The notes beneath the pieces are model-generated. The model saw only the letters and a program-made list of their open reading frames with translations. It made no database searches and was not told the origin of the DNA. Both the position numbers and the translations under genes were made by a program. Positions 28,290 through 37,238 of a stretch of DNA of 64,000 bases are shown one piece after another (the stretch's first letter is position 1; the number at the start of each line of letters is the position of its first letter). Source of the stretch: an uncultured Gemmatimonadales bacterium (GTDB lineage: Bacteria; Gemmatimonadota; Gemmatimonadetes; Gemmatimonadales; GWC2-71-9); the NCBI GenBank assembly GCA_963798915.1, contig CAWCVB010000002.1, positions 640,001 through 704,000 of the forward strand. Direction: 5' to 3'.

Positions 28290-29420
28290 ATGGCATTCTT
28301 CGACACCGACAAGCAGCGGGCCTCCGGCCTCATTGCGATCCTGGGCATCGCCCTGGTCATTGCGCTATGGCCATTCACGGTCGGGCTCATCGGCGCACCG
28401 GTGCTCTACGTGACCTTCGCGCCGCTCTACCGGGTGCTGACCCGGCGATTGCCGCCGGCGATCGCCATCTGGCTGATCATCATCGTTGCGTTGCTGCTCA
28501 TTGCGGGCCCGGTGGCGTCCATTGTGTCGCTGGTCGCGACGCAGGGCCCGGAAATGCTTCGCAGCGTGGTGAACAGTCCGCTGCTCGACCGGCTGACCAG
28601 CATCCGCATCGGCTCCTACGATGTGGGAGAGCAGATCAGCCAGCAATTCCGGACCATCGGCTCGCAGCTGCTGAGCCGCGCCGGGCCAGCGGCGCTCGCC
28701 ATCCTCGGATCGGCCACACGGCTGACGCTGCAACTTACGGTCGCATTCTTCGGGTTCTACTACCTGCTTCGGGCGCCCAAGCGGGCCTGGGCACGCATCC
28801 GGCCGTTCGTGCCATTCAGTGCGGAGAATGCCGACTCCCTGAAGAAGCGGTTCAAGGACGTCACCATCTCCACCCTGATCGGAACCTTCCTCACCGCCGC
28901 GGTGCAGGGCGCCCTTCTGGGTGTCGCGTTTCAGGTGGCAGGGCTGGCCAATCCGCTGTTCTGGGGAGTGATGACGACCCTCTTCGCCATCCTGCCCGTG
29001 GTGGGAAGCGGACTTGTCTGGGTGCCGGCGGTGGTGGTGCTCTACCTGCAGGGGCGACTCATCGCAGCCGTGCTGATGCTGGTCTGGGGACTCTTTGGCG
29101 TCGGGGGCGTGGACAACATCATCCGGCCCTGGGTCTACCGCCGGTACGCACGGATTCATCCCTTCATCACCGTGATCGGCGCATTCGCCGGCATTGCCTA
29201 CTTTGGGCTGCTGGGCCTCCTGATCGGCCCCCTGGCCATCTCATATTTCTTCGAGCTGATCCGGATGTATCAGGAAGAATACCTGGCGCACATTTCGCCG
29301 CCCCCGCCGGAGCCGGAGCCGGCACCACGCCGGCGGTTCTCGATTCCCGGCTTTCGCCGGGCGGGCGATCCGGTGGCGCCACCGCCGCCCTTGCCCAGCC
29401 CGCCCGACCAGTCCGTCTGA
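28290..29420 (+). CDS. AI-2E family transporter
   Basis: Multi-TM; LPVVGSGLVWVP, DNIIRP, FGLLGLLIGP. Confidence 0.9.
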   Translation: MAFFDTDKQRASGLIAILGIALVIALWPFTVGLIGAPVLYVTFAPLYRVLTRRLPPAIAIWLIIIVALLLIAGPVASIVSLVATQGPEMLRSVVNSPLLDRLTSIRIGSYDVGEQISQQFRTIGSQLLSRAGPAALAILGSATRLTLQLTVAFFGFYYLLRAPKRAWARIRPFVPFSAENADSLKKRFKDVTISTLIGTFLTAAVQGALLGVAFQVAGLANPLFWGVMTTLFAILPVVGSGLVWVPAVVVLYLQGRLIAAVLMLVWGLFGVGGVDNIIRPWVYRRYARIHPFITVIGAFAGIAYFGLLGLLIGPLAISYFFELIRMYQEEYLAHISPPPPEPEPAPRRRFSIPGFRRAGDPVAPPPPLPSPPDQSV

Positions 29421-30764
29421 CTACGCCCTTGCCCGGCGCGACTTCCAGTACAGGTAGATCGGCACTCCGAGCGCCAGGATGACGGCGCCGCGTCCTGCGT
29501 TGGCCGGATTCGATGCCACCGAGCCCACCACCACGTACGCCGCGGCCAGGATGAAGAGAAGGGGAAGCAGCGGATAGCCGGGCATGCGATAGCCGGGCTG
29601 GCCTGAGGGCCGGCCCTCGCGCTCCCGCCGGCGATAGACCAGCAGCGCGGCGGCGGCCAGGCCGAAGAAGATCCAGTCGGCAAACACGACATAATCGAGC
29701 AGCTGACCATAGCGATTGGTCTGCAACAGCAGGATGGCCCAGACCGCCTGAATGATGATTGCGGCCGACGGCGTCCGGAAACGGGGATGCAGGCGGGAAA
29801 ATCGCTCGAAGAATAACCCGTCAGCGGCCACCGCCTGGTAGACACGTGGGCTGACCAGGATGACCAGATTGAGGAAGCCGAAGGTGGAGACCACGATCCC
29901 CATGGCGACCAGGGTGCGGCCGGCCGGTCCGATCAACGCAAGCATGGCGTCGGCGGCCGGCGCGTCAGTTGCTGCGAGGCCGGCGGCCCCGAGGCCGTGC
30001 AGGTAGGTCGCATTGGCCAGGATGTAGACCAGCACCACGCCAGCCACTCCAATGATCAGCGCGCGAGGCAGATTGCGCTCCGGCGCGATCATCTCCTCCG
30101 CCACGAAATTGGTCTGCTGCCACCCACCGTAGGAGAACAGCACCGGAACCAGCGCGGCCCCCAGGGCGAAGAGCAGCGATGATGGTGCCGCGGGCTCGGG
30201 CAGGGCGGCTGCCGGCGCCGGAAGCGCCCCCAGCACTGACGCAACGCCTGCAGCGATGATCAGCCCCAGGGCAAGCAGCTTGAGCAGCGTGAAGAGGTTC
30301 TGGGTGGCGGCACCCCAATGGACGCCGACGTAATTGATGACCGACAGGAGCACGATGGCGCCGCCCGCCAGCGGCAGCTGCCAGCTCTCCTGGATGTGCG
30401 CGAGCGAGAGCGCGTAGTCGGCAAAGGTGACGGCCACGGCGGCGATCGCACCAGTTCCGATGATCAGCAGCAGCGCCCAGGCATAGAGAAAGGCAGGGAG
30501 CCCGCCAAAGGCATCGCGGATGTAGACGTAGTGGCCGCCGGCCCTGGGGGACCTGGCTCCCAGTTCGGCAAAGACCAGCGCGCCAACCATGGCAATGGCC
30601 CCGCCCAGAATCCACGCACCGAGCGTGAGCGGCGTGGTGAGCACACGCTGGGCGACCACCTGCGGATTCCGGAAGATCCCAGCCCCGATGATGCCGCCCA
30701 TGACCAGCATGACGCCGGAAAACAGGCCGACTCGCCGGGCGTACGTTACGGGCGCGTCACTCAT
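29421..30764 (-). CDS. APC-family amino acid permease
   Basis: GGIIGAGIF, AELGARSPRAGGHY, FSYGGW, PERNLPRA. Confidence 0.92.
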   Translation of the reverse strand: MSDAPVTYARRVGLFSGVMLVMGGIIGAGIFRNPQVVAQRVLTTPLTLGAWILGGAIAMVGALVFAELGARSPRAGGHYVYIRDAFGGLPAFLYAWALLLIIGTGAIAAVAVTFADYALSLAHIQESWQLPLAGGAIVLLSVINYVGVHWGAATQNLFTLLKLLALGLIIAAGVASVLGALPAPAAALPEPAAPSSLLFALGAALVPVLFSYGGWQQTNFVAEEMIAPERNLPRALIIGVAGVVLVYILANATYLHGLGAAGLAATDAPAADAMLALIGPAGRTLVAMGIVVSTFGFLNLVILVSPRVYQAVAADGLFFERFSRLHPRFRTPSAAIIIQAVWAILLLQTNRYGQLLDYVVFADWIFFGLAAAALLVYRRREREGRPSGQPGYRMPGYPLLPLLFILAAAYVVVGSVASNPANAGRGAVILALGVPIYLYWKSRRARA

Positions 30765-31116
30765 GCGCGCCATTCGCGAATCGCATGCGCACCCCTTCGA
30801 GTTCGGTGAGAAACTGGTGGCTGAGGTCCGCGAGCCTGGCCACGTCGGCACTCAGCTGATCCCAGGCCTGGACCGGCGCCGCGAGTTCAATTCGCCGGGC
30901 CAGCTCCGAGACCTCGAAGGCGCCGAAATTCCCGGTGGTCGAGATGAGGCTGTGTGCCGCCGGTGCCAGGGCCTCGGCGTCGCGAGCCGCCGCCGCCGCC
31001 TCCAGGCGGGCCAGACGGCCGGGCAGTTCGTCGAGCACCAGCACGACGAGGCTGCGCACGAGCCCGTGTCCGCCGATCGCCTCGAGCCGCGCGATGGCGT
31101 CAGGATCCATGATCAT
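30757..31116 (-). CDS. Stand-alone Hpt (histidine phosphotransfer) domain protein
   Basis: Helical 119-aa protein; AAHSLISTTGNFGA H-box. Confidence 0.78.
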   Translation of the reverse strand: MIMDPDAIARLEAIGGHGLVRSLVVLVLDELPGRLARLEAAAAARDAEALAPAAHSLISTTGNFGAFEVSELARRIELAAPVQAWDQLSADVARLADLSHQFLTELEGVRMRFANGAHE

Positions 31117-31186
31117 GCTGTTCCTTCCCAAGGTGGAGCGATACGGTATGGCAGCACCGCCGTGACTCCGCTATCATGCGCGCCTT

Positions 31187-32080
31187 ATGGATCGCCCGGA
31201 ACGGTCCCGCGCGCTGCTGTTGGCTGCCTTCGCCATCGTGTACCTGGTGTGGGGCTCGACCTACCTCGCGATACGCATCGCCATCGAAACGGTGCCGCCG
31301 CTCCTGATGGCGGGCACCCGATTCCTCGTCGCCGGCAGTGCGCTCTATGGCTGGGCGCGCTTCCGTGGCGCCGCGGCGCCCGCACCCCGCCCTGCGCGCA
31401 ATGCCGCACTCCTCGGCGGGCTGTTCCTCTTTCTTGGCAACGGCGGCCTGGTCTGGGCCGAGACCCGGGTCCCGTCCGGTATCGCGGCCGTACTGGCCGC
31501 CACGACTCCCCTGTGGACCGTGCTGATCGAACGGTTCCGCGGGGCACCGCCCGTGCGACCTGCGGTGTACGCGGGCCTGGCGCTGGGCCTCGGCGGTGTC
31601 GTCGTGCTGATGCTTCCGGGAGGCGGGCACCCGTCGGTGGACCTGATCGGAGCCGGGGTCATCGCCGTCGCGGCGATGATCTGGGCCTACGCCATGGTGC
31701 TCTCCGGGACGCTCGCGCTGCCGGAGTCGGGATCGGTCTCGGCCGCCGTGCAGATGCTCGCTGGCGGGATCCTGCTGCTTGCCACCGGCAGCGCCGCGGG
31801 CGAATGGAGTGGATTTCATCCATTCGCAGCCAGCGTGCGATCGCTCGCCAGCCTGGCCTACCTGATCATCTTCGGTTCGCTGATTGCCTACAGTGCCTTC
31901 ACGTGGTTGCTGCGCGCCGCTCCCGCCGACCGGGTCTCCACGTACGCCTACGTCAATCCGGTTGTCGCAGTCCTGCTTGGCTGGCTGGTGGTCTCGGAGC
32001 CGTTCGGTGCGCGTGAACTGGTCGCCTCGGCAGTGATCATTGCCGGCGTGGCCATGATCATCAGTACCCGCCGGCGCTAG
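31187..32080 (+). CDS. EamA/DMT transporter (YedA-like)
   Basis: VYLVWGSTYLAI, STYAYVNPVVAV. Confidence 0.92.
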   Translation: MDRPERSRALLLAAFAIVYLVWGSTYLAIRIAIETVPPLLMAGTRFLVAGSALYGWARFRGAAAPAPRPARNAALLGGLFLFLGNGGLVWAETRVPSGIAAVLAATTPLWTVLIERFRGAPPVRPAVYAGLALGLGGVVVLMLPGGGHPSVDLIGAGVIAVAAMIWAYAMVLSGTLALPESGSVSAAVQMLAGGILLLATGSAAGEWSGFHPFAASVRSLASLAYLIIFGSLIAYSAFTWLLRAAPADRVSTYAYVNPVVAVLLGWLVVSEPFGARELVASAVIIAGVAMIISTRRR

Positions 32081-32834
32081 CGGCGCCGGGCTCGCGCGCC
32101 TTTCCGGCCGAGCAACCATTCGCGTCGACCTTATCGCCAGCCGGAGTGGCAGGGCAGGCATCGTTGATGTCAATCACGCCGTCGCCATCGGTATCCCGGC
32201 GTCGCACGCAGCCGATCCCGTCCACCGTCGCACCGGGCGCCGTTCCTGGGCAGGCATCATCCCCGTTGCGAACGCCGTCGGCGTCGTCGTCAGCACCGGG
32301 CCCGGCTCCGCCGGCCCGGCCCGGAAAATACGACAATCCAAGAGTGGCGCCGAGGTTCCCGTACGAGGGGCTGCCAGCCTGGGTGATCATGACCCAGTCC
32401 CACGTGCCGCTCAGGCGCAGCATGACCCGGGACGTGATGCCGAAGCGTGCGCCCGCCGCGGTGCCGAGACCAAGGTTTGTGGCGGCGAGATCCTTGCCGT
32501 AGAGGTCCAGGACAGGACCGGTGCCAAGGAAGGCGGACAAGCGCTCCGAGAAGGGCAGGTTGAGCAGGATGCGCAGGTGCACCGGGACATGAGAGCCGGT
32601 GAGGGCGCCCACGTCGCTGCTCGACCAGGAGCCATCGGCATCAATGGAGAGCACCGGAGACAGGTAATACGCGGCGAGGACGCCGGGGCCGGCCGCATCG
32701 CCCAGCCCGATGTCGGAGGAATAGTGCGTGTAGCGGGCGAACACGCCCGCTTCGATGGCGTGGGGCTGCTGCGCCAGGAGCGGCGGGGCGACGATACTCA
32801 GGACGGCAATGGCATGGATGGCGTATCGGCTCAC
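32061..32834 (-). CDS. Outer-membrane beta-barrel protein with TSP type-3-like repeats; no OmpA C-domain
   Basis: Signal peptide; barrel ending LGLSYF; DADGVRNGDDACPGT and DGDGVIDINDACPAT. Confidence 0.78.
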   Translation of the reverse strand: MSRYAIHAIAVLSIVAPPLLAQQPHAIEAGVFARYTHYSSDIGLGDAAGPGVLAAYYLSPVLSIDADGSWSSSDVGALTGSHVPVHLRILLNLPFSERLSAFLGTGPVLDLYGKDLAATNLGLGTAAGARFGITSRVMLRLSGTWDWVMITQAGSPSYGNLGATLGLSYFPGRAGGAGPGADDDADGVRNGDDACPGTAPGATVDGIGCVRRRDTDGDGVIDINDACPATPAGDKVDANGCSAGKAREPGAASAGGY

Positions 32835-32891
32835 GATGGTGCCCCGGGCATGGATGCGATTGACAAGTTAGCGGCGTCGCATCCCGAATGG

Positions 32892-32926
32892 CGAACCGCC
32901 TCCCGGCACTGCCGGGAGGCGGTTCG
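32892..32926. terminator. Perfect 17-bp inverted repeat downstream of ompA-like gene
   Basis: CGAACCGCCTCCCGGCA-c-TGCCGGGAGGCGGTTCG; weak U-tract. Confidence 0.65.
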
Positions 32927-32948
32927 ATCGTTCGGTGCGGCGGGTGAC

Positions 32949-34247
32949 TTACTGCAGGCGGACCAGCTCGGTCCGGCGGTTACGCGCCCGCCCAGCCTTG
33001 GTGGAATTGGACGCCACCGGGCGATCCCATGCATAACCCTTGGTGGTCATGCGATCGGCGGCGATACCCTTGCTTACGAGATAATTCTTGACCGCATCAG
33101 CGCGCTGCTGCGAAAGGCGCTCGTTCAGCGCACGCGGCCCGGTATTGTCAGTATGCCCCGCGACCTCGACCCGCACGTTGGGGTTCTCGGAGAGCGTGGC
33201 CGCAACTTCGTCGAGGATGAAGCGAGAACTCTGCGTCAGCGTGGAGGTGCCGGTGGCGAAATTGACACCCGGCAGGGTCACGTTGGCGTTGGCATTTGCC
33301 GTCAGCTTGGCCAGGCTGTCGCGCAGGGCGTCGATCTGGCTGCGGCTGATGCCCGCGGCCATGGCCGCGCTGTCACGCGCCGCCTGGGCAGCGGCTCGCT
33401 CAGCGGCTGCGATGGAATCGGCGCGGGCGCGCTCAACCTTGGCGATCGAGTCGGCACGAGCCCGCTCAGCGGCGGCGATGGAATCTTCACGCGCCTTGGC
33501 GGCAGCGGCCTGTGCGGCAGCGGCCTGCGCCGCGTTGATGGAATCCTGATTGACCGGCGGGCACCCCGAGGCGTTGACTTCGCTGCCACGCGGTGAGTCG
33601 GGACACTGGTCAATGTCGTCCTTCACGCCGTCCTTGTCGGCATCGCCCACACGGCCCATACCGGCATTGTTGCCGAAGAGCCAGGACAGACCGGCGGTGA
33701 AGCCCCAGTGCTGGTCGGTCGTATCGGGCGCCGAGTTCAGGGCAAAGTTTGGATCGCCCATCAGGCCCATGAAGTCCAGGGTGCCGTCAACCCGGACGGA
33801 CAGGCGGCTGCCGAGCCCAAACCGAAAGCCGGCAATGGCGCCGGGGCCGGTCTCGTCACCTTCGGCAGAAATGCCCGGGATGGAATCGCCGCGATCCCAG
33901 TACTTGTTGAAGACGTAGCGGCCGCCAAGGAACATGGCGGCATGCTCGCCCAAGGGGATATGCCCAAGCAGCTCAGCCGCGGCGTTCAGGGCGTCCACCC
34001 GGCCATTGCGGAGGTCATAGCGCGTGGGCGTATAGGCCGCGCTCACGTCGAGTTCAATCCCACCCACGGGGAAGATGCCCAGGCGCAAGCCACCGCCAGT
34101 GCGATCGGCGAGACCGTAGCTGGTTCCGTACCAGTTCTTGCGCGCGAACAAGCCGAACTCAACCGTGCCCGCCCCCTGGGCACTCGCCGCGGGCGCGAGC
34201 AGCGCCGCCAGCAGCCCGGACAGTACAAGGCCTCGAAGCTTCATCAT
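32949..34247 (-). CDS. OmpA/OprF-family protein (barrel, TSP3 repeat, Ala-rich linker, peptidoglycan-binding domain)
   Basis: DADKDGVKDDIDQCP; VAGHTDNTG...NERLSQQRA...GRARNRRTE. Confidence 0.92.
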   Translation of the reverse strand: MMKLRGLVLSGLLAALLAPAASAQGAGTVEFGLFARKNWYGTSYGLADRTGGGLRLGIFPVGGIELDVSAAYTPTRYDLRNGRVDALNAAAELLGHIPLGEHAAMFLGGRYVFNKYWDRGDSIPGISAEGDETGPGAIAGFRFGLGSRLSVRVDGTLDFMGLMGDPNFALNSAPDTTDQHWGFTAGLSWLFGNNAGMGRVGDADKDGVKDDIDQCPDSPRGSEVNASGCPPVNQDSINAAQAAAAQAAAAKAREDSIAAAERARADSIAKVERARADSIAAAERAAAQAARDSAAMAAGISRSQIDALRDSLAKLTANANANVTLPGVNFATGTSTLTQSSRFILDEVAATLSENPNVRVEVAGHTDNTGPRALNERLSQQRADAVKNYLVSKGIAADRMTTKGYAWDRPVASNSTKAGRARNRRTELVRLQ

Positions 34248-34458
34248 GCACTCCGCTGGAAAAGTTGAAAACGTGGCGGACACGCCCGCCCCTGATCAGT
34301 GCTGCTGCAACTTGCGCTGCCTATCCATGCATCGCGGTGAGGCGTCTCACGCATGCAACGCCTCACCCTCCAGTGCTGCCGACGGAAACCGCCGAAGAAA
34401 AAATCCGCCTCGAAGCCTCGCAAAAGGCACGGCGACAAGGGTTTCCCCGTCGGGTAGT

Positions 34459-34486
34459 AAGATACACCTCCTCTCCCGAAAGTCGA
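34459..34486 (-). promoter_or_regulatory. Putative sigma70 promoter of ompA-like gene
   Basis: Minus strand TCGACT-16 nt-TATCTT, directly before a folded leader. Confidence 0.4.
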
Positions 34487-34746
34487 GATTACGGGGCCGA
34501 GCCGGTGAGGTCGTCCGGATGATGAAACATTGGGACGGCTGCCGCCCGGCCCGCGCCGGTCGCCTGAGCGGCCGATCCCCCGGCGCTTTCGGTATTTGTT
34601 CTCTGACGGAACCGGGCCCATCCCCCAATATGGAGTTGGTGCGTTCGGCCGGGTCGTGGCCTGTGCCGGCGAGTGGCGCCTCCAACCATCATTCCTGTTG
34701 CCGGCGCCGTGCCACGCGCCGGCCCGGCCGCATGAGGGACTATGTG

Positions 34747-35058
34747 ATGACCACCATTGCCCTCGAGCAGGAGCGCCTGCTGGTTGCCGAGCGCATCCTG
34801 CACGAAACAGAACGGCGACACGGCCTTCCCTTTTCCGACCACCCCGACCTCCAACCAGCAGTCATCGACCGTTTCCTCGTGGCGTACCTTCCCGAGACCC
34901 GGGATGGCGAACCCGCGCCCGTCACGGTCGAGTATGCCTTCACCAGTTCGATTACCGACGCCGTCGAGTTGCTGCGGCGGGTGGTGGATGAATCCCCTGA
35001 TGGCTGGGGAAGCGCCGCCTACGTTCACGACCTCGACACCGGCACCGGCACGCGTTGA
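34747..35058 (+). CDS. Hypothetical 103-aa acidic protein
   Basis: GAGGGA before the ATG; protein-like composition; occupies the intergenic gap. Confidence 0.65.
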   Translation: MTTIALEQERLLVAERILHETERRHGLPFSDHPDLQPAVIDRFLVAYLPETRDGEPAPVTVEYAFTSSITDAVELLRRVVDESPDGWGSAAYVHDLDTGTGTR

Positions 35059-35161
35059 ATCCAGCGGCATGAATCGCCCTGTTGGCTGACCGGACCGGAA
35101 CGCCAATCCCTGTCCGGTCGCCGATGCGGCAACACACGAACCCACCCACCCCGACTCTCCC

Positions 35162-36100
35162 ATGAGAACAGGCAGTCTTGCGGCAGCGATCGTTACGCTT
35201 GCGGCAGCGCCGCTCACCGCCCAGCAGGGCACCTCCGCCGCGCTGGTCCTGCGGCTGGCGGCCATCCCGGCCCCCCTTGGCTACGAGAAGCGCCTGGCCG
35301 ACACGCTCGCCGCTCTCCTGCCGCGCGCGACGCTCGACCGCGCCGGCAACGTCATTGTGACGCTCGGGAGCGGGCAACCCCGGCGCATGATCGCGTGCCC
35401 AATGGATGAGCCGGGCTGGGTGGTTGGCGGCATTCGGGAGGATGGCTACCTGACCGTTCGGCGCCTGCCTGGTCGCACACCCGCACTGTTCGACCAGCAG
35501 GCCGAAGGACAGCGCATCACCCTGCTCGGCACCCATGGCGACTTGCCTGGCGTGGTGGGCGTCCGCTCCGTACATCTGACGCGCGGCCGGGCCAGCAGCG
35601 ACAGTCCGTTCACCGCGGATGACGCTTTTGTGGATGTGGGCGCCAGTTCAGCGGACGAGGCCCGGGCACTTGGAGTCCGAGTCACCACCCCCTTCGTCCT
35701 CAGCAAGGCCCCGCTCCGCTATGGCGCCAACCTCGCCGCGGCACCGTCCATCGGCACCAGGGCGGCCTGCGCCGCCCTGGTCCGGGCGGCTTCGGCCCGG
35801 TCCCGGGGCACGGTCGTGCTCGCGTTCGTGGTGGAGCAGGGCCTCTCTGCACGCGGGCTGCTCGCCGCCGCAACCATGCACGGGCCCTTCGCCGAGACCC
35901 TGATCCTCGGTGCCGCGCCCGGCGACAGCGCCGTCCATGCTGATTCGCTGCCCCGCCTCCGTCAGGGAGCGGGGCTCGGCCACGTCAGGGTGTGGCGCCT
36001 TCGCGATCGATTCGATGGCTGGGCGGTGGAAACCGTGGCGCTGGACGACGTGGACCTGCTCCAAGCGCGCTTGCGCGCGTGGATCGGGGGCGCGCCATGA
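35162..36100 (+). CDS. M42 (TET) peptidase homolog lacking metal ligands; signal peptide
   Basis: M42 fold motifs (DRAGNV, FVDVGASS) present, but CPMDE, SIGTR and VEQG replace AHxDE, DDR and EE. Confidence 0.8.
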   Translation: MRTGSLAAAIVTLAAAPLTAQQGTSAALVLRLAAIPAPLGYEKRLADTLAALLPRATLDRAGNVIVTLGSGQPRRMIACPMDEPGWVVGGIREDGYLTVRRLPGRTPALFDQQAEGQRITLLGTHGDLPGVVGVRSVHLTRGRASSDSPFTADDAFVDVGASSADEARALGVRVTTPFVLSKAPLRYGANLAAAPSIGTRAACAALVRAASARSRGTVVLAFVVEQGLSARGLLAAATMHGPFAETLILGAAPGDSAVHADSLPRLRQGAGLGHVRVWRLRDRFDGWAVETVALDDVDLLQARLRAWIGGAP

Positions 36101-37182
36101 CTCGCTTTGGACTGACAGCCATGATGCTCGCAAGCGTCGTGTCATCGCTCGCCGGGCAGGGTGCTCCCGTGAATGAGGCCGAGTCGGTGCTCCGGACGCT
36201 GGTGGAGAGCTACGGGCCGTCCGGCGCCGAAGCGCCGGTGCGAGACGCCGTGAAGCGATTGCTGCCGTCCGGCCTGCATACCGAAACGGACAGTGCAGGC
36301 AATCTGTGGGTGCGCTTTGGCCGGGGGCCGTCCCCCACGGTGTTCGTGGCACATCTCGACGAGATCGGCTGGCGCGTCACGGACATCAATGCCGACGGCA
36401 CGCTCTCGCTGGAGCGCCTTGGCGGATTCTTCCCCTCGCTCTATGAAGGGAAACCGGCGCTGATCCACACGCCGGCGGGCCCGGTCAGCGCCGTCTTCAT
36501 GCCACGTGATTCGGTTGGCCGGCGACCAGACCGGACCCCGGAGGCGATCCGGGTGGATCCAGGCACCGGTTCTGCCGCAGCCAGCCGCCAGAAGGGCATC
36601 GCCGTCGGCAGTACCGTGACCATGCCCAAGTCGTATCAGCGGCTCGCCGGCACCCGGGCAACCGGACGTTCCTTCGATGACCGGGTCGGCTGCACCGCGC
36701 TGATCCTGGCCGCGCGGCGCCTCGCCGACCGCCCGCCGGCACATCCGGTGGTGTTCATCTGGAGTGTGCGCGAAGAGGTGGGCCTCGAAGGTGCCGCCGT
36801 CGCGGCCGATGCCCTGGGTGTCGGTGTCTCCCGGGTGCACGCAGTGGATACCTTTGTCTCCGCCGACGCGCCGCTGGAACTTCCGGCCTACGGGCTCGCG
36901 CCCCTGGGGGCGGGCGCGGTGATCCGGGCCGTAGACAACAGCAACGTGGCGCCCGCCGCGCTGGTGGACTCGGTACTTGCCCTGGCAGCGCGTGAGGAGA
37001 TTCCCCTCCAGTTCGGCGCCACCAGTGGCGGCAACGACGGATCGGTCTTCGCGCCATGGGGAGTGCCGGACATTCCGCTGGCGTGGCCACTGCGCTACTC
37101 GCATTCGCCAGTCGAGGTGGTGGACCTCAAGGATGTGGTGGCACTGGGCCGGCTGGTGGAGGCGCTGGCGCGCCAGGAGTAA
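36097..37182 (+). CDS. M42-family metallo-aminopeptidase; signal peptide
   Basis: AHLDEIG, SFDDRVG, REEVG, AVDT, GGND, YSHSPVE; ATGA overlap with upstream gene. Confidence 0.9.
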   Translation: MTRFGLTAMMLASVVSSLAGQGAPVNEAESVLRTLVESYGPSGAEAPVRDAVKRLLPSGLHTETDSAGNLWVRFGRGPSPTVFVAHLDEIGWRVTDINADGTLSLERLGGFFPSLYEGKPALIHTPAGPVSAVFMPRDSVGRRPDRTPEAIRVDPGTGSAAASRQKGIAVGSTVTMPKSYQRLAGTRATGRSFDDRVGCTALILAARRLADRPPAHPVVFIWSVREEVGLEGAAVAADALGVGVSRVHAVDTFVSADAPLELPAYGLAPLGAGAVIRAVDNSNVAPAALVDSVLALAAREEIPLQFGATSGGNDGSVFAPWGVPDIPLAWPLRYSHSPVEVVDLKDVVALGRLVEALARQE

Positions 37183-37220
37183 GCGGCCCGCGAGCCGCGA
37201 CTTGCGACATCCCGATCCCG

Positions 37221-37238
37221 TCTGCATATTTATGCATT
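37221..37238 (+). promoter_or_regulatory. ARG box (ArgR operator)
   Basis: tcTGCATATTTATGCAtt palindrome fits WNTGNATWWWWATNCANW; abuts the argG ATG; argR ends the operon. Confidence 0.85.

Noticed and set aside
34379..34453. c-di-GMP or other known riboswitch in the ompA leader
   Set aside because: I could not match consensus elements by eye; kept only as a structured leader
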